Virus record (IMG/VR): IMGVR_UViG_3300008740_000003
Location: 1 to 64,000 of that record
DNA: 64,000 nucleotides
Reading direction: 5' to 3' (one strand)
Origin: a virus
The notes under the pieces are model-generated. The model searched no databases and was not told the DNA's origin. It was given only the letters and a program-made list of their open reading frames with translations. Shown here piece after piece: positions 21,301 to 29,640 of this stretch (position 1 is the stretch's first letter; each line of letters opens with the position of its first letter). Made by a program: the position numbers and the translations under genes.

Positions 21301-24072
21301 GTTCAAGGATTAAATGGAACATTAGGTTCTGCAAACGCTTATGGAACAAAACGTCCAACAGCAGGAGCATATGTATCATTAGATCCAGGCTGGGGAACAA
21401 CACACGAAGAAGTATGGATTACTTCTAAATCACCTTATATACAAAACGTAACAACATTTGGAACAGGATGTACTGGATTAAAAGTAGATGGTGCATTACA
21501 CGATGGCGGTTTTGATTCTGTTGTTGCAAATGACTTTACGCAATTATGTGATGATGGTATAGGTGCATGGATTACAAATTTAGGTAGAGTAGAACTTGTA
21601 TCAGTATTTTCTTATTACGCACACATCGGTTATCTATCAGAAAATGGTGGAAAACTTCGTGCTACAAACGGTAACTCATCTTATGGTGACTATGGTTGCG
21701 TTGCAGAAGGAGTTGATTCTTCTGAAACTGCTATAACAGGAACAGTTGATAATCATAGTGAAGACGCAGATGTTGCCAATGTAATGACAGATGGTAATAA
21801 AATTTTAGCATTCGAATATAATAATGCTGGAAGACAATATTCTGGTGCTACACTTACAATATCAGGAGATGGTTATGGAATTACAGGTGAAACTGCAACT
21901 TATAATACTGGTGGTGTTTACAAAATTAGATTATTAGAAACTAATACAGTAACAAGTAACCTTGGTGGTGCGACATATATGTCTGCTACTAACAATGCAC
22001 AAACAGGTACAGCTACACAAATTACAATAGCTAACGCAGATAGTAACGCCAGTGGTGCATACACAGGTATGGCAATATGGATTACAAAAGGTAAAGGTGT
22101 AGGTCAATATGCATACATCGACGCTTACAATTCTGCAAGTAAAGTTGCAACTGTTAAAAAATATTCAGACGACGCGGCAGGATGGGAAAGATATGGCGGA
22201 GACGCAGTTGAAACTCTTTTAGATGCTACAACAGAATATACAATAGAACCTAGAGTAGTTATTGGTGCTCCAAATAATGATGGTAGTACAGCAGTTAGAC
22301 AAGCAGTTGCAAGAGCAATTGTAACTTCTGAAAAGATTTCTTCAGTAAGAATTATAGATTGTGGTGCAAGTTATACTTCAGCACCAGCAGTAACATTTAC
22401 TGATCCTAATAATACTACAGATGCTCCAGTACAATCATACATAGATGATGGTGTACTAGGTCAACCAACTTTCACTGCAGGTGGAACAGCTTATAATACT
22501 GCAAGTGTAACAATTACAGAAGAACCTACAGCTAAAAACATAACAGCTATTTCACAAGCCACTGTAGCTGTTGTTACATCAGCAGGACATAATCTAGTTG
22601 ACGGAACTAAAGTAACATTTGCAAGTGTTGGTGGAATGTCAGAATTAAACACAGGTGTATGGTATTACATTAAAACATTAACAGTAGATACATTTGGATT
22701 ATATACTAACGATGATTTAACTGCTGGATTAGATTCTACAAACTTTACAACATACACTTCAGGTGGAACTGCAACACCATTTGGTGGACACAGAGATGAA
22801 TTCCAAAACGGAAGATATATTCAAGTAGAAGGTTTATCAAAAGTTCCACAAACAGGATCAAATCTAGAATTTGATGGAATTTCAACTGAAACATTTCCTT
22901 ATGCATATACTCTTATAACTGCAAACAAGGCTTATATAGAAGATGAAGTAATAGCATGGTTTAATACAACTTATCCAGGAATACACAATGCTGGACAAAA
23001 TACAAAATGCGAAAGAGATGTTGGATATGAAATTGATGCAATGGCATATGATATAAAATACGGTGGTAATACAGAAACTATTAGAGTTGCTAAAGCATAC
23101 TGGCAAGGTGTTACTTCTCAATTAGCGGCAGGTGAACAAGCATACGCAGTTGCAGTTAATAACAAAGTAAAAGAAATGCTTAACGATTATATTTTAGATA
23201 ACGTAGCTTGGACAACAACACAAAGTCCAGTTGTTACATCACAAACAACTAATTCTAATAATGGTGAGTTAGGTGTAAAAGACAAAGTTACAAGTTTAAT
23301 TAAAACTTTAAATGATGTAATTGAAAATGGTTTAACTTCTGTACCAACTACACAAGGATTAAACAATCCATACTTTAAATTAGTAAGTGTACAAAAATTA
23401 CGTGGTACTCAAGCTCCATATTCAGCATTATTACAAATTAGTCCACAAATGACAGCCGCTCAAGCTCCAGCACATGGAACTGGTTTATCTGTTAGACTTA
23501 GATATTCACAAGTTAGATTAACTGGTCACGATTTCCTAGGAGTAGGAACTGGTAACCAAGCATCTACAAATTATCCTGGAACGCCAAATAGAACTAACGA
23601 CCAAGAAAGAGAAACTGTTGAAAGAGGTGGTGGTAGAGTATTCTTTACTGCAACTGACCAAGACGGTAACTTTAGAGTTGGTGACTTGTTCTCAGTACAA
23701 CAGGCGACTGGTATTGCATCATTAAATGCAGATGCATTTAACATTTCAGGATTACAAGAACTTCAGTTAGGAGATTTAACACTAGGCGGAACATCTGCTT
23801 CTGTTAATGAATTCTCTACTGACGGTACATTTGCGGCAAATAGCGACAAAATTGTACCAACACAAAGAGCGATAAGAACATATGTTTCATCACAAATTGG
23901 TGGTGGTGCAAGTGCTATTAACGTAAATACTATTACTGCTGGTCAAATTGTGATCACTAGTAATACAATAAGTACAACAACAGGAGCAAGTATCCAAATT
24001 AACGCTGGTGTTAACTTCAAAAAAGGAGTTGCAGGAGCGCCATTGGCAATGAATTACTTGATCCATAGTTAA
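18301..24072 (+). CDS. Large tail/baseplate fibre protein with CBM5/12-like repeats, beta-helix, three helical KCxxD domains and an E1-FCCH-like domain
   Basis: Colinear with 13099 (MAEFKLGRIKF vs MADFKIDRIRF; shared GCTGLKVDG and VFSYY); inserts KCRRD, KCLAD, KCERD; ITAISQATVAVVTSAGHNL...GGMSELN. Confidence 0.75.
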   Translation: MAEFKLGRIKFVWKGSWATTTTYYVDDVIRYGGRTYNCVTNHTSGTFQTDLGAVKWQLMSDGIEWKSDWVANTTYKPNDVVKYGGYIYLANTGHTSAATVALGLEADQAKWDLFIEGFDWKSDWTISTRYKKNDLVKYGGSVYLCITEHESDNTTAVGLEGQQAKWEIFGKGFVWSGDWAINTRYKVNDTVRYGGQIYVAITGHTSAATEADGLEANQGQWQALHKGIEFKGDHATATRYKVNDVVKYGANIWICTTQHTSTGILSADEANWSILIPGIEFEDTWSNSTNYQPGDFVTYGGYSYVADRNNINKLPPDNSSDWTLFVTGFNLRGDYNAATAYKQGDVVRVGGFTYLAIADGTGNRPPNVTKWDKLNEGLYWKGAWTNATYYDKGDIVRGTTNTTTSYLCITEHTSNNVGPSTINQPDYPPGAGVDTSAWQLLAGGAESSVLTTKGDLLIYGQSGPARLPIGKAGQTLVVNNAGDLPEWGYFGAIDQVYYTGPAGQDKPSPDAGTTLDKPWKSLRYALWQIEQGPRNPQGTYLLERNKAFIQEETLAWINAQISGNTAPFTNAYTYDAVKCRRDAGFMIDALLYDLRHGGNEKSRYATLRISTQTEFVNHKDELTAYLNRLVYISQQCVANNAGYSALQGTVNQLIDNNYVTESAVSGEIASYVKIATDCLAAGNTAGVPAEEVPQTTLFAKSGTYEEVLPLSVKKGLAIVGDELRSTIVKPAGQIVGTSDTQYTLQGLGRLQAIISDIVTNSAVTPTPVGGVITFTTPGADLGFVNGTYNNVAVTGGSGSGCTMDVTVLSYTITSLTVNQPGQNYAISDSLTIPGATIGSDGVFTVNSVTTGNNLTQNTDAPAGSGAAGTAAAAIAQNIYDHIDFKVNANGSDPALTGTNTAQADAGYSDARLRLLANMDFVALEVAEFVQRANPSHSNFKDKCLADVKYYLRAIMDDMQYTGNYKSLKASDSYINSRLTTGSATSDMFYVRNATGIRNMTVQGLNGTLGSANAYGTKRPTAGAYVSLDPGWGTTHEEVWITSKSPYIQNVTTFGTGCTGLKVDGALHDGGFDSVVANDFTQLCDDGIGAWITNLGRVELVSVFSYYAHIGYLSENGGKLRATNGNSSYGDYGCVAEGVDSSETAITGTVDNHSEDADVANVMTDGNKILAFEYNNAGRQYSGATLTISGDGYGITGETATYNTGGVYKIRLLETNTVTSNLGGATYMSATNNAQTGTATQITIANADSNASGAYTGMAIWITKGKGVGQYAYIDAYNSASKVATVKKYSDDAAGWERYGGDAVETLLDATTEYTIEPRVVIGAPNNDGSTAVRQAVARAIVTSEKISSVRIIDCGASYTSAPAVTFTDPNNTTDAPVQSYIDDGVLGQPTFTAGGTAYNTASVTITEEPTAKNITAISQATVAVVTSAGHNLVDGTKVTFASVGGMSELNTGVWYYIKTLTVDTFGLYTNDDLTAGLDSTNFTTYTSGGTATPFGGHRDEFQNGRYIQVEGLSKVPQTGSNLEFDGISTETFPYAYTLITANKAYIEDEVIAWFNTTYPGIHNAGQNTKCERDVGYEIDAMAYDIKYGGNTETIRVAKAYWQGVTSQLAAGEQAYAVAVNNKVKEMLNDYILDNVAWTTTQSPVVTSQTTNSNNGELGVKDKVTSLIKTLNDVIENGLTSVPTTQGLNNPYFKLVSVQKLRGTQAPYSALLQISPQMTAAQAPAHGTGLSVRLRYSQVRLTGHDFLGVGTGNQASTNYPGTPNRTNDQERETVERGGGRVFFTATDQDGNFRVGDLFSVQQATGIASLNADAFNISGLQELQLGDLTLGGTSASVNEFSTDGTFAANSDKIVPTQRAIRTYVSSQIGGGASAINVNTITAGQIVITSNTISTTTGASIQINAGVNFKKGVAGAPLAMNYLIHS

Positions 24073-24109
24073 TAAATAGTTAAAACATTTAAACAAGGAG
24101 ATAAAACAC

Positions 24110-24427
24110 ATGGCTTCAGGAAGATTAGGCAAAGCAGACTTGGTGGCCAGTACCGATACCGTAGTTTACACGGTACCTGCGGATACTTTTACCGTAGCTA
24201 CTGTGTCTATCTGTAATAGAGGTAACCAAGTTGTCACTATCAAAATGGCAGTGGCAGATGCGGCAACCCCAGACGCTTCAGAATACGTTGAACACAACGT
24301 TGAAATTCTGTCAGCAGGGGTTTTAGAACGTTCAGGTTTAGTGATGTCAGCTGGTCAAAAGCTAGTTGTATGGTCATCAGGCGCTAACGTAGCCGCAGTA
24401 GCAATGGGCATTGAAACTGGATTATAA
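24110..24427 (+). CDS. Small beta-sandwich structural adaptor
   Basis: TVVYTVPA...VSICNR...LERSGLVMSAGQKLVV; SD AAGGAG; late promoter at 24072. Confidence 0.65.
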   Translation: MASGRLGKADLVASTDTVVYTVPADTFTVATVSICNRGNQVVTIKMAVADAATPDASEYVEHNVEILSAGVLERSGLVMSAGQKLVVWSSGANVAAVAMGIETGL

Positions 24428-24501
24428 TATTATACTATGTATAATACTTAAATCAGTCTAAAATGCATAAATAATTAAAATAAGGAAAAAAGGACGCAAA
24501 A

Positions 24502-24834
24502 ATGGGAAGATATATTTCAACAACTGGAACTGCTGGAGTAGTAACCAAAGAGGTTAATACTACTTACAGTGCCTCTGTTAATGATAGAATTCTTGCTGAT
24601 TCAACAGGTGGAGCATTTACAATTACTCTACCAGTTAGTACAGGTTTGTTAGTTAATGATACAATACAAATTATTGACGCAACAGCTCAAGCAGGAACTA
24701 ATAACATAACAGTTGGAAGAAATGGTGCTCTTATCCAAGGTTCAGCAGAAGATTTAACAGTCGATTTAGCAGGTGCTATTATGACTTTAATCTATACTGG
24801 TGCAACTTATGGATGGATAGTAGGTGCTGTATAA
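24502..24834 (+). CDS. Fibre connector domain protein (T4 gp9/gp10/gp34-repeat-like)
   Basis: DSTGGAFTITLP...DTIQIID...TNNITVGRNG..IQG..EDLTVD....LIYT...GW motif. Confidence 0.65.
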   Translation: MGRYISTTGTAGVVTKEVNTTYSASVNDRILADSTGGAFTITLPVSTGLLVNDTIQIIDATAQAGTNNITVGRNGALIQGSAEDLTVDLAGAIMTLIYTGATYGWIVGAV

Positions 24835-24894
24835 TATTTTTATTATATAACATTAACCATTAAAATATTGTAAGGAGTTTTAAAAAAGGTAGAT

Positions 24895-25875
24895 ATGCCA
24901 GCAACAAGTCTTAGAGGATTATTAGGAACTAAACAAGATACTTTCGTAGCATTTGGCGAAGAAAATCTTGAGAAGGGTAGAATATATGTCTACACTCAAG
25001 GTGCCAACTATTCGAGATTATGGTGCGGATTTTGTTTTCACCCAGGTGAAGCAGGAACGGCTACAATAGAAGTTTGGGGAGCTGGTGGTAGTGGTGCAGA
25101 AATGTGCTGTTGCGGATTTGGCTTACCTGGTAATTCAGCGGCATACGTAAAAAGAACTATCTCATTAGCGGCTAATGGTTATATTTGCGGATGTACTGGT
25201 CAATCCTGTGGTAATGGAGATACATTATGTCACAGAGGTTGCTCTGAACCAACTTTCATGAATATTTCCAAAGATGGCACAGCAGGTGGATGTACTTGTA
25301 TTTGTGCTCAAGGTGGAGCAGGTGGCGTTTCTTACTGTTCTTCAAACGAATCATTTTATTGTTGTTATAAAGCAAACGGTTTTTGTGTTACAAAAACTGA
25401 AAACGATCACTGCGGTATTGTATGTAATATGTGCGATGGAAAACATATCGCTCAAGGATATTGCGGAAATATAATGTGTCCAGGAAGAACTTCTTGTGTA
25501 TCAGCATTTGGCTGTCACCCAAGTTGTCCTTGTCAATTCCACTGGCACAATCCGACACCGGCAGGAATGTTCAGTGAAAACGGAGCATATATCACTTACA
25601 ATACAGAAAATAATAATGGATTTTCACAATGGTCAGGTCACGGAGGTCACCAATTGGAAGCATCACTAGGTGCTGGAAGATTCCCAACTGGTGGAATACC
25701 TTGGGCAACTTGCTGGGGAGCAAGTAAGGCTTGTAACTGTTATGAAGCAGATCCATGTATACCACACGTTCCAGTAGGAATGGGAGGTCACGGACCAATG
25801 CCTTGCGATGGAGTAAGAGATCACGCAAACAGAGGTGGCCATGGTGGAGTTAGAATTAAATGGATTACAGGATAG
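24895..25875 (+). CDS. Cys/Gly-rich putative fibre-tip/adhesin protein 1
   Basis: EVWGAGGSG..MCCCG...GGHGGVRI glycine-rich-domain frame; 31 Cys in 326 aa (hand count). Confidence 0.65.
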   Translation: MPATSLRGLLGTKQDTFVAFGEENLEKGRIYVYTQGANYSRLWCGFCFHPGEAGTATIEVWGAGGSGAEMCCCGFGLPGNSAAYVKRTISLAANGYICGCTGQSCGNGDTLCHRGCSEPTFMNISKDGTAGGCTCICAQGGAGGVSYCSSNESFYCCYKANGFCVTKTENDHCGIVCNMCDGKHIAQGYCGNIMCPGRTSCVSAFGCHPSCPCQFHWHNPTPAGMFSENGAYITYNTENNNGFSQWSGHGGHQLEASLGAGRFPTGGIPWATCWGASKACNCYEADPCIPHVPVGMGGHGPMPCDGVRDHANRGGHGGVRIKWITG

Positions 25876-25884
25876 GATAAAATT

Positions 25885-26892
25885 ATGGCATCATTAACGA
25901 CATTATTGCAAACAAAATATGATGGGATAGCGGCTGGAGAAACTAACCTGGAAAAAGGTACAATTTATACTTTTTATCCTTCCAACGATTATAACACAAA
26001 CTTCCAATGTCACGTATGTTGGAAACCACCTGCAAACGGTACAGCACTTTTAGAAGTTTGGGGAGCGGCTGGATCAGGTGCAGAAATGTGTTGTTGCGGT
26101 GGAGGAATACCAGGTAACCCAGGTGGTTATGCTAAAAAACAACTAGCGGCTTTTGGTGCAAGTTGGTCAGATTGTTTTGTTTGTTCAGTTATTGGTTTAT
26201 CATGCGGTAACTCAGATACTTTAAGTCACAGAGGACGTTCAGAACCAACTCAAGTTTGTTGGTTTGCCGGCGGAGCAGATGGATGTATTTGTTCTGAAGG
26301 TGGTCAAGGAGGATGTTCTATTTGTTCTACTGGTAATGCATTATATTGTTGTTTTGTAGCACAAAATTATTGTCATACACAAGGTGGAAGCACTTATTGT
26401 GGAATAATTTGTAATTATAGAGATGATGGTGGAAACAGTTATGACGGTGCAGATTATTGTGCATTTGCTTATGGCGGAGATGTAAACTGTTATGGTGGAT
26501 TTAGTTGTTATTACTTTAGAGGATGTCAACCAAACTGTAACTGTAGATATATTGCAGTAATTAAAGTTCCACCTGGAATGGTTTCAGAGTGCGGTGGAGA
26601 AGTTCAATACGCACACGATGAAGATAGTGAAAAAGTTTATCACTCAGGTTCAGGCGGAATTATGGGAGTTATGGAACCTCTTAATTTAATGACAAGAAGT
26701 CCTACACAAGGTTCACCTTACAACGCTTGTTGGACAGGTAATGACTCTTGCGGTTGTTATCAAGATCAAGGATGTATTCACTTCTTTCCAGGAGGAATAC
26801 CAGGACAAGGACCAACACCGTGCGATGGATATAGAGATCACGCATGGAGAGGTGGAAACGGAATATTAAGAATTAAGTTTATAGCTTCGTAA
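25885..26892 (+). CDS. Cys/Gly-rich putative fibre-tip/adhesin protein 2
   Basis: Paralogue of 24895; 30 Cys in 335 aa (hand count). Confidence 0.65.
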   Translation: MASLTTLLQTKYDGIAAGETNLEKGTIYTFYPSNDYNTNFQCHVCWKPPANGTALLEVWGAAGSGAEMCCCGGGIPGNPGGYAKKQLAAFGASWSDCFVCSVIGLSCGNSDTLSHRGRSEPTQVCWFAGGADGCICSEGGQGGCSICSTGNALYCCFVAQNYCHTQGGSTYCGIICNYRDDGGNSYDGADYCAFAYGGDVNCYGGFSCYYFRGCQPNCNCRYIAVIKVPPGMVSECGGEVQYAHDEDSEKVYHSGSGGIMGVMEPLNLMTRSPTQGSPYNACWTGNDSCGCYQDQGCIHFFPGGIPGQGPTPCDGYRDHAWRGGNGILRIKFIAS

Positions 26893-26910
26893 AAAGGAAT
26901 AAATATTATT

Positions 26911-27882
26911 ATGGCAACATTAAAAAACATATTAACAACAAGACAACCGGCAAGTATGTCAGAAAATAACCTAGAAAAAGGTTACATTTATGCATATTCT
27001 CCGGGTACTCAATTTGCTAATTTTTGTAATGGTGTTTGTTGGACAGCTATAGCAGATGGAAAAGCTATTGTAGAAATTTGGGGAGCTGGTGGATCTGGTT
27101 CTCGTATGTGTTGTTGCGGAGATGGATTACCAGGTAATGCAGGAGCATATTCTAAAAAAACAATTCAAGTAAATCAAGGTGATACAATTACAGCTACTTT
27201 AGGAATGGCTTGTAGAGCTCACCCACTTTGTCACTCAGGATGTAGTGATTCAACTCAATTATGTTACATAACAACTACTGGAAGTGCAGATGGTTGTATG
27301 TGTGCAAGAGGTGGATATGGTGGAAAATCTATGTGTACAACTGGTACATCTTTCTATTGTTGTTACAGTGCAGAAGGTTTCTGTACTAATAGATGTAACA
27401 ATGACAATTGTGGAATGACTTGTAACTGGTGTAATGGTGCATGGGAAGCCTTAGCATATGGTGGAGATATAAATTGTTGTGGACAAATAGGCTGTACTAG
27501 TTGGTTCGGCTGTTGCCCTCACTGTAAATGTTTCTTCCAAAGACACGCTCCTATACCTTCAGGACTTTTTGCGGAAAATGGAGCATTAATTACGTTCCAA
27601 ACAGAATCAGATGGAACACCTATGTCTAACTGGTCAGGTAACCAATTATTCCAATATTATGCGGCTCTTAATTTGGCTACTAAATCACCAAGACAAGGAA
27701 ATCCAAGAGCTTATTGTTGGAGATCAGACAGATCTTGCGGTTGTTATGAATCACAAGGATGTGCTAATTTCTTACCAACAGGAGCAGGTGGACTACCGCC
27801 AATGGCTTGTCCAGACGTTAGAGACCACGGAATACGTGGAGGACACGGAGGAGTTAGAATCAAGTTTATAGCTTCGGCATAA
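26911..27882 (+). CDS. Cys/Gly-rich putative fibre-tip/adhesin protein 3
   Basis: Paralogue of 24895; 31 Cys in 323 aa (hand count). Confidence 0.65.
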   Translation: MATLKNILTTRQPASMSENNLEKGYIYAYSPGTQFANFCNGVCWTAIADGKAIVEIWGAGGSGSRMCCCGDGLPGNAGAYSKKTIQVNQGDTITATLGMACRAHPLCHSGCSDSTQLCYITTTGSADGCMCARGGYGGKSMCTTGTSFYCCYSAEGFCTNRCNNDNCGMTCNWCNGAWEALAYGGDINCCGQIGCTSWFGCCPHCKCFFQRHAPIPSGLFAENGALITFQTESDGTPMSNWSGNQLFQYYAALNLATKSPRQGNPRAYCWRSDRSCGCYESQGCANFLPTGAGGLPPMACPDVRDHGIRGGHGGVRIKFIASA

Positions 27883-27928
27883 TAATTGCAGGAGTAGGAT
27901 AAATAGTTAAAACAAAGGAACAAAAATT

Positions 27929-28582
27929 ATGATAACAAAAGCGTTTAACATTGAGATGCCAAATAAACCATACGTGGACAACTTTTCAGATAATACTGTC
28001 CATGCTTCAGAATATGTTGGATTTAAATACGTTAAAGTAATAGTAGATGCAAATGATTGGGTAGTAAATGTAACTTCTGAAGCTGATTCAATGGCCGAAT
28101 TAAACGAACAAGCATCTCCAGTTCCAGCAGGTTGCAGTGCAGTTGTAATTGACGCTACAGCAAATCCTTTTGAAGCGGCTTTTATTACAGGAGATTATAC
28201 AACTGGTGCAGTTGCGGCTTATGAAGAATCATTAGGAACAAATGATGATGACGGAAATCCAGAAACTTGGTCATATACTTGGCAAGAAAATAGCCTTTTA
28301 GCTCAAATTTACTTACACGGTACAATGAAATATACAGCTGGTTCTTTTGTTAAACCTCAAATGAGAACACACGCATTAACTAGACAAATGTTCTTAGATT
28401 CTTTAGGACCATTAGCTGATGGTTTACAAGCTAATCTTGATGCAGATACGGCAGATCCTAAATATACAGCGGCACAAAGACAAGCAGTTGTAGATCACAA
28501 AGCATACGTAGATAATATTCCTACAAAATACGCGGCAGTTGACCATTGGAAGATTCCTTTCAAACCAATGCCTCAAGTGTAA
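27929..28582 (+). CDS. Hypothetical protein, possibly a tail-fibre assembly chaperone
   Basis: Follows the fibre-tip genes; the C-terminus (QRQAVVDHKAYVDNIP...WKIPFKPMP) resembles the helical, Pro-rich end of Tfa-like proteins. Confidence 0.45.
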   Translation: MITKAFNIEMPNKPYVDNFSDNTVHASEYVGFKYVKVIVDANDWVVNVTSEADSMAELNEQASPVPAGCSAVVIDATANPFEAAFITGDYTTGAVAAYEESLGTNDDDGNPETWSYTWQENSLLAQIYLHGTMKYTAGSFVKPQMRTHALTRQMFLDSLGPLADGLQANLDADTADPKYTAAQRQAVVDHKAYVDNIPTKYAAVDHWKIPFKPMPQV

Positions 28583-28662
28583 TAATTTAATACTTCTAAT
28601 CACATTTCAAGAATTTTAGGTTACACTATTCGTACCTAATAAGTAATAGTGTTAATCTAATT

Positions 28663-29640
28663 ATGACTGAAAATAATCCAATATCTAGACCAAAAGCATT
28701 TTTTTTAAATGGGGGAATGGGCAGAATAATTTGTGCCATCCCTGCCCTTGAAAAATACTATAATGAATCTAACGATAAAGATTTTATTATAGTAATAGAA
28801 GGTATCCAAAATATCTTAGATGGTCATCCAACATTAGATTCTAAAACATTTGACTATGGTCATAAAAATTTATTCCACACTAAACTTGTAAAAATGGATG
28901 TGATAAGTTTAGAGCCATATAGAGTATGGGAATACTATAATCAAAAATGTAATATAACTCAAGCATTTGATATTTTAATTAATAACAAAGGCGTTAGAGA
29001 ATTATCAGCACCTACAATTAATCTAAGTCAAGAAGAATTACTTGCAGGGAAAAAAGCAGTTAAAGAAATTAAAGATAAACTTAAAAAAGAAAAAGTAATT
29101 GTTTTACAACCTTTTGGACGAGGCATTCAACAAATAGATAATAGTTTTGTAGATAAAACTTGTCGAAGTATGGAATTTAAAAATCTAAAAAGTATAATAA
29201 GAAAATTACAAGCACAAGATTATGCAATTATATTAATGGCAGAATTTGGAATTGAATTAAAAGGTGAGAAATATCCAGATGAAGTAGCAATGCCTGAAGG
29301 AATTGATTTAAGAAAATGGTTAGCAATTATAAAAAATTGTGATCATTTTTTAGGTTGTGATAGTGTAGGTCAACATTTAGCCTATATAGGTGGAACAGAA
29401 GCAACAGTAATAATTGGTGCAACGTTCCCAGTTAATACATCATATCCTAAAACAAAAGGAATTAATATTATAGATATGGGACAAATAGATAGAGAATATG
29501 ATCCAATAAGAATAACAAACGATGAACAAGTTAGTAGACATAATGAAAAATTAATGTGGATGTCTGATGAAGTAGAAGATTATGTTGTAAATGTAATATT
29601 AGGAAAACAAAAAACTGACGAGGAAGAACTAAATGAATAA
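28663..29640 (+). CDS. GT-B glycosyltransferase, GT9 (heptosyltransferase)-like
   Basis: N-terminal GGMGRIICAIPAL; VLQPFG; C-terminal CDHFLGCDSVGQHLA matches the GT9 'xDSGxxHLA' signature. Confidence 0.7.
   Translation: MTENNPISRPKAFFLNGGMGRIICAIPALEKYYNESNDKDFIIVIEGIQNILDGHPTLDSKTFDYGHKNLFHTKLVKMDVISLEPYRVWEYYNQKCNITQAFDILINNKGVRELSAPTINLSQEELLAGKKAVKEIKDKLKKEKVIVLQPFGRGIQQIDNSFVDKTCRSMEFKNLKSIIRKLQAQDYAIILMAEFGIELKGEKYPDEVAMPEGIDLRKWLAIIKNCDHFLGCDSVGQHLAYIGGTEATVIIGATFPVNTSYPKTKGINIIDMGQIDREYDPIRITNDEQVSRHNEKLMWMSDEVEDYVVNVILGKQKTDEEELNE

Noticed and set aside
24895-27882. Diversity-generating retroelement behind the variable Cys-rich paralogues or the repeated His/Cys module
   Set aside because: No reverse transcriptase in the window, no non-coding template repeat, and differences between copies are not adenine-specific.
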